From: Candidatus Bipolaricaulota bacterium
GTDB taxonomy: Bacteria; Bipolaricaulota; Bipolaricaulia; UBA7950; UBA9294
DNA: 47,069 nt
Assembly (NCBI GenBank): GCA_041302745.1
Contig: JBFYQP010000037.1
Coordinates: forward strand, 1 to 47,069
Reading direction: 5' to 3'
Shown here: positions 27,199 through 36,393 of the stretch, piece after piece
Position numbering within the stretch: the first letter of the stretch is position 1
Layout of the letters: each line of letters opens with the position of its first letter
The notes under the pieces: model-generated
The model's database searches: none
What the model saw: the letters and a program-made list of their open reading frames with translations, nothing else
Told to the model about the DNA's origin: nothing
Made by a program: the position numbers and the translations under genes

Positions 27199-27848
27199 GG
27201 GGAGACCACCGTCCCGTCGACCAGGCGAAGAGCCCGGCTTGCGGCGGCCGCGTGGGAAAGCGGGCCCCGCGTGGCGACGACGATCGTCGAGCGTCCGTCG
27301 TGGAACCGGGTGACGAGCGCGTCGAGCTCCTCCTGCTCGGCGGGGTCGAGTCCCGCGAACGGGTCATCGAGGAGCAGCACGAGCGGCGAGTTGCACACGG
27401 CCAAGGCGAGGCCAAGCTTCGCGCGCTCGACGGGAGACAAGTCCTCGGCGTCGGTGGCCTGCTCCCGAATCATGCCGACGGCCTCAAGGGCGACGTACGC
27501 CTTCTCCTGGGCCTGATCGCGGACCTCGCCGAGAACCCGGAGCTTGAACAGGACGTTGTCGAGGACGGTGCGCGGCAGCGGAGAGAACCCCTGCGGGTAG
27601 AACCCGATTCTCCGTTGCAGCTCAAGAATCTTCTGCCGGCTCAGTCGAGCCACGTTTCGTCCGTGGACAAGGATCTGCCCTCGTTGCGGCGCAATGACGG
27701 CGGCGAGCAGCGCAAGCAGAAGGGACTTGCCCGAGGACGGAGGGCCGAGAAGAACGACCGACTCCCCGCGGTCGACGTGCAGGTGAACGTCCTCGAGGAT
27801 CTTGATCCCATCCTCTGTAGAGTAGTGGAGCTCCGAAACCTGGATCAT
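27195..27848 (-). CDS. ftsE: FtsE-like ABC ATPase with degenerate catalytic motifs
   Basis: Walker A GPPSSGKS and the Q-loop (IGFYPQG) are present. The signature motif reads LSPVERAK, Walker B reads LLLDD-P (no catalytic Glu), and the H-loop reads VATRG (Arg in place of His). Confidence 0.8.
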   Translation of the reverse strand: MIQVSELHYSTEDGIKILEDVHLHVDRGESVVLLGPPSSGKSLLLALLAAVIAPQRGQILVHGRNVARLSRQKILELQRRIGFYPQGFSPLPRTVLDNVLFKLRVLGEVRDQAQEKAYVALEAVGMIREQATDAEDLSPVERAKLGLALAVCNSPLVLLLDDPFAGLDPAEQEELDALVTRFHDGRSTIVVATRGPLSHAAAASRALRLVDGTVVSP

Positions 27849-28702
27849 GACGCCCCTCGGGCGCTCGCGAACCGCTCCCGCCCCGACAGGTCGCGGTCGA
27901 TCCGGACGTCGGTCAGCCCGGCGGTTGCCATCTCGCGTGACACGGTCTCGCCTTGACCGTCGCCGATCTCCAGCAGCACGCGTCCGCCGGGCAGGAGATG
28001 GTCTCCAACGTCCGCCAGGATCGTGGAGATCGCCTGCGTCCCGTCCTTGCCGCCGTCAAGGGCGACGCGAGGTTCGTGGTCGCGAACCTCGACGGCGAGA
28101 CCCTCGACGGCGCCCGAAGCGACGTAGGGAGGATTCGAGACCACCAGGTCAAACCGGCCGGAGACGCTCCCGAACCAGTCGCTCTCGACGAACTCGATTC
28201 GATCGGCCACGTCGTTGAGCGTGGCGTTGGCGCGTGCCAGGTCGATGGCCGCCGCGGAGACGTCGGCGGCCGTGACGGCCGCTCGAGGGAGATAGCGCGC
28301 AAGGCAAACGGCGATGACGCCGGACCCCGTCCCGAGGTCGAGACACCGGATTTCGCGGTCGCGCGCTGCGAGCCGCAGCGTGTGGTCGAGCAACTCCTCG
28401 GTCTCCGACCGAGGGATGAGCGCGTCACGACTCACGCGGAAGCGAAGTCCGAAGAAGGTCACCTCGCCGATCAGGTGCTGGAGCGGCTCGCCCGCTCGAC
28501 GACGCTGAACGAACGTGCGGAAACGCGATCGCTCTTCGACACTGAGGGGCTTGTCGGGCGAGAGGTAGAGGTGAAGACGATCCACCTCGAGGGCGTGAGC
28601 AAGGAGGATTTCGGCCTCCAGACGGGGTTGGACGATGCCGGCTCCCTCGAAGTAGCCGCGAGTCCAGCTCAATACCTCGCGGATCGTCCACTCAGCAGCC
28701 AC
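27845..28702 (-). CDS. prmC: Release-factor glutamine N5-methyltransferase PrmC/HemK
   Basis: SAM motif CLDLGTGSGVIAV and catalytic VVSNPPYV. The GTG at 28702 is preferred, because the track start (TTG 28780) lies in the AT-richer promoter region of the divergent gene. Confidence 0.85.
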   Translation of the reverse strand: MAAEWTIREVLSWTRGYFEGAGIVQPRLEAEILLAHALEVDRLHLYLSPDKPLSVEERSRFRTFVQRRRAGEPLQHLIGEVTFFGLRFRVSRDALIPRSETEELLDHTLRLAARDREIRCLDLGTGSGVIAVCLARYLPRAAVTAADVSAAAIDLARANATLNDVADRIEFVESDWFGSVSGRFDLVVSNPPYVASGAVEGLAVEVRDHEPRVALDGGKDGTQAISTILADVGDHLLPGGRVLLEIGDGQGETVSREMATAGLTDVRIDRDLSGRERFASARGAS

Positions 28703-28761
28703 CCTGATCCCCCCATCTTGCGAGCAGTACGCTCGCCCCCGCTCGATACCATAGCAAAACC

Positions 28762-28790
28762 TTGTAGGGAATTCAAGCAATGACTATAAT
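28762..28790 (+). promoter_or_regulatory. Candidate promoter for the yacL-like gene (TTGTAG-N17-TATAAT)
   Basis: TTGTAG at 28762-28767 and TATAAT at 28785-28790, in the only AT-rich patch of the prmC/yacL divergent gap. Confidence 0.4.
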
Positions 28791-28810
28791 GGAGCGGGTT
28801 CTGAGGATCC

Positions 28811-29893
28811 ATGGGCCCTGCCCGAGGTGACGCGATGCTCATCCCTGGAGTCTTCGTCGCCGTCCTCCTGGTTCTTGGGGGAGCGGTTTCGTATTCCTAT
28901 CGGATCTTTCCAGCCGTCGGGGCGTGGTCGGCATCCACCTCGAGCGCGTTCTTCGGCGCGCTGGGAGGAGTCGTCTCCGCGGGTCTGGTCTACGGAGCCT
29001 GGAGGGGACTCGTGCGCCCGGCCTTGCAGGAGGGGCGGGGCGTGAAGGTCGTGAATGCGCTTGTCGTGGGTCTCGCGGGCGCCGTTCTCGGCGCCGTCTT
29101 TTGCGCTGCGCTCGGGTTCCTTCTTCCGCCCTCCGTCGGCGTGCGGATTGCCCAGGGGGCCTTTCTTGCGGGAGGCGCCCTCGTGGGGATGGGGGTAGGT
29201 CTCTCGCTTCCGGGAGCCGCATGGCGACCTGCAAGCGCGGAGAACGCGGAGGCGTCGGCGCCTTCCAAGCGACCTCTGGGTCGCGGGAAGGTCATCGACA
29301 CGAGCGTCATCATCGACGGACGCATCGGCGACCTAGCCTCCACGGGATTCCTCGAGGGGGAGATTCTGATCCCCGAGTTTGTTCTCGCGGAGTTGCAGAA
29401 CGTCGCGGACTCCTCGGACGCGACGCGCCGACGGAAAGGGCGAAGAGGCCTTGAGATCCTTCGTAGCCTGATGGAAAACGACGCGATCAACATCCGGGTT
29501 GTGCGCCGAGACTACCCGACGGTCCCGGAGGTCGACCGGAAGCTCATCTGCCTTGCCCGCGAGGAGGACGCCGTGCTCGTCACGACGGACTACAACCTGA
29601 ACCGGGTGGCGCACGTGGAAGGGATTGGGATCCTCAACGTGAACGAGCTGGCGAACGCGGTGAAGCCCCGCTTCGTGCCGGGCGAGTCGATCGACGTCGA
29701 AGTCATCGATCGGGGCGCGGAGATCAACCAGGGCGTGGGCTATCTCGACGACGGCACGATGATCGTCGTCGAGAACGGACGTCGTCACATCGGACGGACG
29801 ATCAAGGCGACGGTGAAGAGCACGCTCCAGACCGAGGCGGGCCGAATGCTCTTTGTCGAGCCGGCGAACGAGACGCCGCGATGGGATCGATAG
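28811..29893 (+). CDS. Membrane-anchored PIN plus TRAM domain protein (YacL-like)
   Basis: N-terminal TM segments, a PIN domain (KVIDTSVIIDGRI...VTTDYNLNRVA) and a C-terminal TRAM domain (GVGYLDDGTMIVVENG). Its position upstream of ispD matches the Bacillus yacL-ispD synteny. Confidence 0.8.
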   Translation: MGPARGDAMLIPGVFVAVLLVLGGAVSYSYRIFPAVGAWSASTSSAFFGALGGVVSAGLVYGAWRGLVRPALQEGRGVKVVNALVVGLAGAVLGAVFCAALGFLLPPSVGVRIAQGAFLAGGALVGMGVGLSLPGAAWRPASAENAEASAPSKRPLGRGKVIDTSVIIDGRIGDLASTGFLEGEILIPEFVLAELQNVADSSDATRRRKGRRGLEILRSLMENDAINIRVVRRDYPTVPEVDRKLICLAREEDAVLVTTDYNLNRVAHVEGIGILNVNELANAVKPRFVPGESIDVEVIDRGAEINQGVGYLDDGTMIVVENGRRHIGRTIKATVKSTLQTEAGRMLFVEPANETPRWDR

Positions 29894-29907
29894 GAGGCCG
29901 AGACGGC

Positions 29908-30405
29908 ATGAGCAGGGGGGTGCGCGTCATCGCGTTGGGGCTTGCGGTGCTCGCCGCGGTGAGTGGGTGTTCCTTCTTCGGGAATGAGGAGCCGGCGCTC
30001 ACGAACTGGGAGCCGACGTTGTCGCCCGACGGGACGCGTCTCGCGTTCGAGTCGCTCGTCGACAAGCACCTCGAGCTGTTCGTGCGGGACCTCGCGACGG
30101 GGTCGACCGAGCAGCTGACCGAGAACAAGGACGAAGACTGGGCCCCCGCTTGGGCCCCCGACGGCGCACGGATCGCCTTCGCCTCGAATCGCGGCGACAA
30201 CAATGACATCTACATCCTCGACCTCTCGTCGCGGCAGGCCGTGCGCGTGACGACCGACCCCGGCGACGACATCAACCCCAATTGGGGAAGCGACGGCCGC
30301 GTCTACTTCAACTCGAATCGGTCCGGCGTCTGGGAAATCTACGCCGTCGGCCCGGACGGCAGCGGGCTCACGAAGCTGACCGAGACGCCCGCCAAGGGCA
30401 AGTAG
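29908..30405 (+). CDS. Lipoprotein with PD40 (TolB-like beta-propeller) repeats
   Basis: AGGAGG SD at 29892-29897. MSRGVRVIALGLAVLAAVSGC contains a lipobox. Repeated SPDG/APDG...IAF...D(I/L)Y units follow. Confidence 0.7.
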   Translation: MSRGVRVIALGLAVLAAVSGCSFFGNEEPALTNWEPTLSPDGTRLAFESLVDKHLELFVRDLATGSTEQLTENKDEDWAPAWAPDGARIAFASNRGDNNDIYILDLSSRQAVRVTTDPGDDINPNWGSDGRVYFNSNRSGVWEIYAVGPDGSGLTKLTETPAKGK

Positions 30406-30406
30406 C

Positions 30407-31111
30407 GTGCAGGTCAGCGCGATCATCGTCGCCGCCGGCCGCGGGGTTCGGATGGGGGCGGCGGAGAACAAGGTCTTCCTCCTCCTCGGTGGGACGCCGA
30501 TTCTCACGCGAACGATCGCTGCGTTCGCGAAAGCGCCGCGCGTTTCGGAGATCGTCGTCGTCGCGCGTGAGGGGGAAGAGGACAAGGTTGCTTCGCTCCT
30601 GCCGCCCGGCGCGGCGGGACGCGTGCGGATTGTGCAGGGCGGCGCGGAGCGGCGGGACTCCTCCCTTGCGGGCGTGCGCGTCGCGACGGGCGATGTTGTT
30701 CTGATCCACGACGGAGCGAGACCGCTCGTGTCCGCGGGGTTGATCGATCGCGTCATCGACGGCGCGGCGGCCCACGGCGCGTGCGTTCCTGTGTTCGGTG
30801 CCGTGGATACGGTCCGCCGAGTCGACGGGGCGGGGTACCTCCTTCCTGCGGCCATCGAGCGGGCCGGGCTTGTCAACATCCAGACCCCGCAGGGGTTCCG
30901 GGCGGACCTGATTCGTCGGTGCCTCGCGGGCGCGGTCGATCCGGCGCTTCCCGACGACGCCGCGGCGGTGCTCGCCGCAGGCTTCCCGGTGGTCACCGTG
31001 GCGGGAGAGCGGGCGAACCTCAAGGTCACGACGACCGCGGATCTTGCCCTGGCGGAGGCCCTTCTTGCTTCGCGGGAGCCGCTCGTTGCCCGGTTCGGCA
31101 AGCCCGGCTAG
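30407..31111 (+). CDS. ispD: 2-C-methyl-D-erythritol 4-phosphate cytidylyltransferase
   Basis: GTG start. VSAIIVAAGRGVRMG...NKVFL is the IspD signature. 234 aa. Confidence 0.9.
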   Translation: MQVSAIIVAAGRGVRMGAAENKVFLLLGGTPILTRTIAAFAKAPRVSEIVVVAREGEEDKVASLLPPGAAGRVRIVQGGAERRDSSLAGVRVATGDVVLIHDGARPLVSAGLIDRVIDGAAAHGACVPVFGAVDTVRRVDGAGYLLPAAIERAGLVNIQTPQGFRADLIRRCLAGAVDPALPDDAAAVLAAGFPVVTVAGERANLKVTTTADLALAEALLASREPLVARFGKPG

Positions 31112-31145
31112 AATGCTCGTCGACTCGTCTGTCAAGGAGGCGTTC

Positions 31146-31832
31146 ATGGTTCGAGCGAAGAAGAGCGTGGGATTGGTGTTTGTCGTGGCAGTTCTCGTGT
31201 TTGGAGTCGCCGCCTCGGCGTACGCGATGGATTTCGATGCCTACGTCGTGGGCGACGTGGCGGCCTGGATGCTGAACAACGACACGGGGGCCGCGGTGAC
31301 CGGGATCCACATCGAGTTCGATCAAGAGGTCACCATCACCAGCAAGGTCGAGGTCGGCGGGCTCCTGCCGGCGTTGGGCGGGCCGACGGGAACGACGTTC
31401 GACTTCAACGGCGGGTCGCTCGTAGCGGGCGGCACCCTCATCCTGGAGTGGCAGCCGGCCGACGCAAAGCCGTCGTACATCCTGTGGATGAACGGCGAGC
31501 GAGCGGCGGGCAGACCGTACTTCACGACGGTGGCCCAGCTCGGGTACCTCTTCGGCGTGGGCATCGTTCATCTGCGTGAGACGAACCCGGCGCTTCTCGG
31601 AGCGGCGTTCGCGCAGTTCTTCGCGGACAACCAGGCGTACCTTGCCGGAGTCTCGGCCTCGCTTGGGATGTCGCTCGCGGACTCGCTGATGCCGATCATC
31701 ATGTCGGCGCCGGCGGAGGGAATCCAGAACTTCTTCAACACCATCGTTGGAATGCTCGGCGTGACCTCGATTGGCGATCTTCTCGAGGGAGCCGTCGACT
31801 TCTCTTCGCTGTTGAACGCGCTCGGCCTGTAG
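31146..31832 (+). CDS. Hypothetical secreted protein
   Basis: AAGGAGG SD at 31134-31140. Signal peptide MVRAKKSVGLVFVVAVLVFGVAASAYA. No family recognised. Confidence 0.5.
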   Translation: MVRAKKSVGLVFVVAVLVFGVAASAYAMDFDAYVVGDVAAWMLNNDTGAAVTGIHIEFDQEVTITSKVEVGGLLPALGGPTGTTFDFNGGSLVAGGTLILEWQPADAKPSYILWMNGERAAGRPYFTTVAQLGYLFGVGIVHLRETNPALLGAAFAQFFADNQAYLAGVSASLGMSLADSLMPIIMSAPAEGIQNFFNTIVGMLGVTSIGDLLEGAVDFSSLLNALGL

Positions 31833-31860
31833 ACGCACGGCAGCGCCTTACGACGATCAT

Positions 31861-31896
31861 GACGGGAGGCCCGCGCGGCCTCCCGTCTCCTTTCTC
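31861..31896. terminator. Strong bidirectional hairpin terminator at the boundary of the catabolic cluster
   Basis: GACGGGAGGCC-cgcgc-GGCCTCCCGTC is a perfect 11-bp stem (31861-31887), followed by TCCTTTCTC on the plus strand. It lies between two convergent stops (31832 and 31900). Confidence 0.6.
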
Positions 31897-31899
31897 GGG

Positions 31900-32961
31900 T
31901 CAACTGTGCGAATGTCGGTGGTGCGCGTCCGGGGTGTGCGGGTGAGAGTGCTCGGACGGCGCGTGCGCGTGAGCATGCGAGTGCCTGTACGCGGCCCCCG
32001 CTCGCTCCGCCGCGTGCGAATGGGCGTGGTGCTCGTCGTGCACGTGAGCGTGCGTGTGAACGATCGGCTCGTGGGTGTGTCGGTGCGCGTGCCGTTCCCG
32101 CAGAAGAAGCACGAGGGCGAGGACCATCAGTGCGGCTCCCCCGTAGAACGACACGCGCGGCGCCTCGGGGAACAGGGCGAACGAGAGAATGGCGCCGGCG
32201 AACGGCGCGGCCGCGAAGACGGCGCCGGTCCTCGCCGTCCCTAGATTTCGCAGCGAGCGGACGAAGAGGGCGATGCTTGCCCCGTAGCATGCGGCGCCGA
32301 CCGCCAAGGCTGCGAGGGCGACGCCGTACGGCGGCAGCGGGCGGCCCAGGCCGACGGCGAGCCCGAGCGAGAAACTGCTGGCGACCAGCCCCTTGACGGT
32401 CGTGATCAATTTGGGGTCCCGGAGCGAGATCTGACGAGTGAGGTTGTTGTCGAGCCCCCAGAAGACGCAGGCGCCGAGAATGAGCAGAGCCCCCGGCGCG
32501 AAGCCCCAGCCTGCCGACGGATCGACGGAGAGGAGAGCGCCGCCGGCCGAGACGGCGGCCACGGCGGCCCACGTCCTGCCTCCGACCGCCTCGCGGAAGA
32601 GAGCGCCGGCGATCAGGGCCGTCGCGACGACCTCGAAGTTGAGAAGAAGGGATGCGGACGCCGCCTGCGTCGTCGTCAAGCCCAGGAGGAGGAGGATCGG
32701 TCCGGCCACTCCGCCCGCGACGACGGCGCCGGCAAGCCATGGAAGGTCCTGCCGTTCAAGCCCCGCCTCTCGATGCGTTGAAGCCCGGCCATTCGACGAC
32801 GGAGTGAGAGCACGCCACGCCAAAGCGAGGATTCCGAGGAAAGCGCCCGCGCCGAGGTAGAGGAGTCCCGCGAGGGCGATCGGGTCGACCTTCGCGAGGA
32901 GAACCTTGGAGAGCGGAGCGGAAATGCCGAACAGAAGGGCCGAGACGATTGCGTAGGCCAT
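31900..32961 (-). CDS. DMT/EamA-family permease with a histidine-rich C-terminal tail
   Basis: Two EamA-like halves (about 10 TM segments; FGISAPLSK, LGTARTGAVFAAAPFAG). The last 63 residues contain 23 His in HxH patterns. GAGGAGG SD, 19 nt after the stop of the XDH-family gene. Confidence 0.75.
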   Translation of the reverse strand: MAYAIVSALLFGISAPLSKVLLAKVDPIALAGLLYLGAGAFLGILALAWRALTPSSNGRASTHREAGLERQDLPWLAGAVVAGGVAGPILLLLGLTTTQAASASLLLNFEVVATALIAGALFREAVGGRTWAAVAAVSAGGALLSVDPSAGWGFAPGALLILGACVFWGLDNNLTRQISLRDPKLITTVKGLVASSFSLGLAVGLGRPLPPYGVALAALAVGAACYGASIALFVRSLRNLGTARTGAVFAAAPFAGAILSFALFPEAPRVSFYGGAALMVLALVLLLRERHAHRHTHEPIVHTHAHVHDEHHAHSHAAERAGAAYRHSHAHAHAPSEHSHPHTPDAHHRHSHS

Positions 32962-32980
32962 CCCTGGCCCCTCCTCGGGG

Positions 32981-35248
32981 CTAGACCGGCGCCCTCAGCA
33001 ACTCCCGCACGTACGGCGGGTCGAGCGGGTAGCGGCTTGGGTCGCGCCCGATCGCATGGGCGACCGCGCGGGCGACGGCGGCGTGCGCCGCCATGAGAGG
33101 CACCTCGCCGATCCCCTTCATGCCGAACGGCCCGGCGGGAAACGCCGCCTCGACGAAGTCGACGCGGACGTCGAGCGGGACGTCGCGAATCGTCGGCATC
33201 CGGTACGTCGTCAGGCCGTTCACGACAAGGCGGCCGTCCTTCTGCGGAATGGACTCCGACAACGCGAACCCGAGACCCTGGGCGATTCCGCCCTCGACCT
33301 GTCCCGCGGCCAGCGCCCGATTGAGGATCGTGCCGGAGTCGTGGGCCGCCGCGAAATCGACGACGTGAGCCTCCCCCGTGGCGAGGTCGACCTCGACCTC
33401 GGCGACGTGTGTCGCGAACGCGTAGACCGGGTAGGCGTCACCGAGTCCGGTCTCGGGATCCCAGCTCACGGGCTCCGTCTTCGCCCACCCCTCGACGGCG
33501 GGGTCGACGTTGCGCACCCAGAAGGCCCGCGCGATGTCGCTCCAGCGTTCGGCAACCGCGGCGTCGGGGATTCCGAGCTGGCGCGCGACGGCTGCGACTC
33601 GCTCGCGAAGCTTGCGCGCCGCGTCGAGCACCGCGAGCGCGGCCATCATCGTCCCGCGCGACGCCACGGTCGGCCCGCCGTCCGGGACGCGAGACGTGTC
33701 GACCGGCGCGAGGTGGACGCGCTCCATCGGCACGCCGAGGGCCTCGGCCGCGACCTGAAGGACCGCCGTGGAGAGGCCCTGCCCCATCTCGACCGTTCCT
33801 ACGGCCACCGTGACCGAGCCGTCGGCCTCGAGTTTCATGGCAGCACCGGCCTTGTCGAGGGACGGCGCCTTGCCGCCCAATCCCACGCCGTAGAGAACGC
33901 AGGAGACTCCCAGGCCGCGGCGGCGATCCGTGTGTGTCCGGTTGAACGCCTCGACGCGGGAGAGCCGCGCCGCCCAGTCGGCAAGCTCCGCGGCACGGTC
34001 GAGCGTCTCTGCGATCCCCACGCTCGCTTCGACACGGTGATCGGTCGAGGTTCGGTCGCCGGGGCGCAGGACGTTGCGCCGTCGAACGTCGATGCGATCG
34101 AGTCCGAGGCGCTCCGCGATCCGATCCATCTGCGACTCGTGGGGGAAGATGACCTGGGGGCTCCCGAACCCGCGAAACGCCCCGTTGGGCACGGTGTTCG
34201 TCGCCACAGAACGCGCGACGACGTGCACGTTCGGAATCCGGTACGGTCCCGCGGCGGTCACCAGGCTTCGCCACAGGACGGCGGAGGATAGGGTTTGGTA
34301 GGCGCCGGCGTTGAGCACAACGTCGACGTCGATGGCCGTGATGGTGCCGTCGGCCTTCGCCCCCGTCCGGTAGCGCACACGGGCCGGATGCCGCTTGCTC
34401 GTCGTGAGCACGTCCTCTCCGCGTTCCAGGACGAGCTTCGCCGGTCGGCGCGTCGTCCACGCCACGAGGGCGGCGAGAGACGCGATCAGCGATGGGACGT
34501 CCTCCTTGCCTCCGAATGCCCCTCCCGTGGCTGTTTGGATCACGCGAACCTTGGCGAGCGGAAGGCCGAGGACCTTGGCGACCGCGCCCTGCACGTAGAA
34601 CGGGCACTGCATCGACGCGTAGACCGCGATCGATCCGGCTTCGTCGGGAACGGCGATCGCCCCCTGGGGCTCGAGGTAGGCGTGCTCCTGGTAGCCGGTC
34701 TCGTACTCCCCTTCGACGACGACATCCGCCTGCGTGAACCCCTCGTCGACGTTGCCCTTCGCGAGGACCATCCGATTGAAGACGTTGCCTCCGCCCTCGG
34801 CGGCCGCCGCCACGCAGACAATGGGTGCATCGGGCTCGACGGCCCGCCTCGTGTCGGTGACCGCGGGGAGCGGCTCGTACTCGACGCGCACCTCGAGCGC
34901 CGCCTTTCGGGCGGCGCGACGCGACGTCGCCCCAACCAGGGCCACCGGTTCGCCGATGTAGCGAACGACGCCGTCCGCGAGCGCAGGTTGATCGTCATAG
35001 ATCACGTGCACGGCGTTCGCGCCGGGGACGTCCCGTTGGGTCACGACGCAGTCGACGTCCGGATCGCCAAGCGCTTTGGAAGCGTCGATCGAGAGGACCT
35101 TGGCGTGCGGGTGGGGGCTGCGAACGACGGCGACGTGGAGCATGCCGGGGAAGGCGAGGTCGTCGACGTACCTCGCCTCACCCCGAACCTTGTCGACCGC
35201 GTCCGGTCGAGGAACGCTCGCGCCGATCAGCGTCGTTCGCTTCTCCAT
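32981..35248 (-). CDS. Xanthine dehydrogenase/aldehyde oxidase-family molybdopterin-binding subunit
   Basis: From M48 of the track ORF: MEKRTTLIGASVPRPDAVDKVRGEARYVDDL (a/b-hammerhead start), large Mo-binding domains, and a C-terminal KGIGEVPL catalytic-Glu motif. About 755 aa with no fused [2Fe-2S] or FAD domain. Confidence 0.85.
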   Translation of the reverse strand: MEKRTTLIGASVPRPDAVDKVRGEARYVDDLAFPGMLHVAVVRSPHPHAKVLSIDASKALGDPDVDCVVTQRDVPGANAVHVIYDDQPALADGVVRYIGEPVALVGATSRRAARKAALEVRVEYEPLPAVTDTRRAVEPDAPIVCVAAAAEGGGNVFNRMVLAKGNVDEGFTQADVVVEGEYETGYQEHAYLEPQGAIAVPDEAGSIAVYASMQCPFYVQGAVAKVLGLPLAKVRVIQTATGGAFGGKEDVPSLIASLAALVAWTTRRPAKLVLERGEDVLTTSKRHPARVRYRTGAKADGTITAIDVDVVLNAGAYQTLSSAVLWRSLVTAAGPYRIPNVHVVARSVATNTVPNGAFRGFGSPQVIFPHESQMDRIAERLGLDRIDVRRRNVLRPGDRTSTDHRVEASVGIAETLDRAAELADWAARLSRVEAFNRTHTDRRRGLGVSCVLYGVGLGGKAPSLDKAGAAMKLEADGSVTVAVGTVEMGQGLSTAVLQVAAEALGVPMERVHLAPVDTSRVPDGGPTVASRGTMMAALAVLDAARKLRERVAAVARQLGIPDAAVAERWSDIARAFWVRNVDPAVEGWAKTEPVSWDPETGLGDAYPVYAFATHVAEVEVDLATGEAHVVDFAAAHDSGTILNRALAAGQVEGGIAQGLGFALSESIPQKDGRLVVNGLTTYRMPTIRDVPLDVRVDFVEAAFPAGPFGMKGIGEVPLMAAHAAVARAVAHAIGRDPSRYPLDPPYVRELLRAPV

Positions 35249-35250
35249 CC

Positions 35251-36276
35251 CTAGAGACGACCTCCCATCGTCAGGGTGAGGATCGCCTTCTGCGTGTGCA
35301 GACGGTTCTCCGCCTGGTCGAGGATCCACGACAGCTTGTTGTCGCACACCTCGGCGTCCGCCTCGTTGCCGCGGTCGACGGGCATGCACTGGAGGAGGTA
35401 CCCGGGGTCGCCAAGTCTCTTCTGGCGCTCCGTCGAGTACTTCCAGTTCACGTACTTCTTTGCGATCTCGGCTTCCTTCTCCTTGCCGATCTCGTAGCGG
35501 TCTTTCGTGAACCAGTTGCGCGGGAAGACGACGGTCGCCCCGTCCAGTGCCTTGTCAAGATCGTGCGAGATCTCGAACGACCCGCCCGACGCCGACGCGA
35601 GGTCGCGACAGTCTTGCATGACCTTCGGGTCGAGGTCGTACTCGGGCGGGTTGGCGACGACGACATTCATGCCGTACAGGGACGAGATGAGCGCCGTTCC
35701 CTGCACCGAGCACCAGCCGCGGATCCACGGCGACCAGGCCCACATGATGACGATCTTCTTTCGTTTCACGTCGCCGTCGAGCTTCTCGTGCATCGTGTAG
35801 ATGTCGGTCAGCGACTGGCAGGGGTGGTTGATGTCCGAGGCCATGTTGATGATCGGCACGCGGCAGTGCTTGGCGAACTTCTGCATCACCTCGTCCGCCT
35901 CGCCGTAGTGGCGGATCTTGTCATCGAGGAGGCGAATGCCCACGCCGTCGCAATACCGCTCCATCGCCTCGGCGGTGTCCTTCACCGTCTCCCCGGCGCC
36001 CGGCTTGTCCTCGAGCGACAAGCGCGTCGTCTGCGGGTCGATGAACTGCGCGTGCCCGCCGAGCTGCGTCATCGCCGTCTCGAACGACATGCGCGTTCGC
36101 GTCGAGCCGGCGAAGAACATCATCGCGAACGTCTTGTACTCGAGCGTCGGGTGAGGAATGCGGCTGTAGTACGCGCCCTTCAGCTGGTCGGTGACCTTCA
36201 TCGCGATGTCGTATTCCTCGCGAGTCCAGTCGAGCTCGCTGATGAGGTCCCGTCCCGCGAGATCAAACCAACTCAT
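35251..36276 (-). CDS. YgeW-like carbamoyltransferase, divergent paralogue (QCMP instead of HCLP)
   Basis: Carbamoyl-phosphate motifs GSTRTRMSFETAMTQLGG and NHPCQSL. WAWSP...FPRNW is YgeW-like. There is no SMG ornithine loop. GAAGGAGG SD. Confidence 0.8.
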   Translation of the reverse strand: MSWFDLAGRDLISELDWTREEYDIAMKVTDQLKGAYYSRIPHPTLEYKTFAMMFFAGSTRTRMSFETAMTQLGGHAQFIDPQTTRLSLEDKPGAGETVKDTAEAMERYCDGVGIRLLDDKIRHYGEADEVMQKFAKHCRVPIINMASDINHPCQSLTDIYTMHEKLDGDVKRKKIVIMWAWSPWIRGWCSVQGTALISSLYGMNVVVANPPEYDLDPKVMQDCRDLASASGGSFEISHDLDKALDGATVVFPRNWFTKDRYEIGKEKEAEIAKKYVNWKYSTERQKRLGDPGYLLQCMPVDRGNEADAEVCDNKLSWILDQAENRLHTQKAILTLTMGGRL

Positions 36277-36393
36277 GAAACCTCCTTCGCAACGGCACGA
36301 GCCGCAGAGAGCGCAGGGGATTGGGGAGATCGCTCACGAACCGTGGACTCCATCTCGGCGTCCTCTGCGTCCTCTGCGGTGTGCTTCCCCGTT

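Noticed and set aside
36361-36378. 9-bp direct duplication (TCCTCTGCG x2) in the 117-nt spacer between the two carbamoyltransferase genes
   Set aside because: It is too short to distinguish from chance in GC-rich DNA. I found no promoter-like hexamers or convincing hairpin around it. It is noted only as a possible regulatory spacer.
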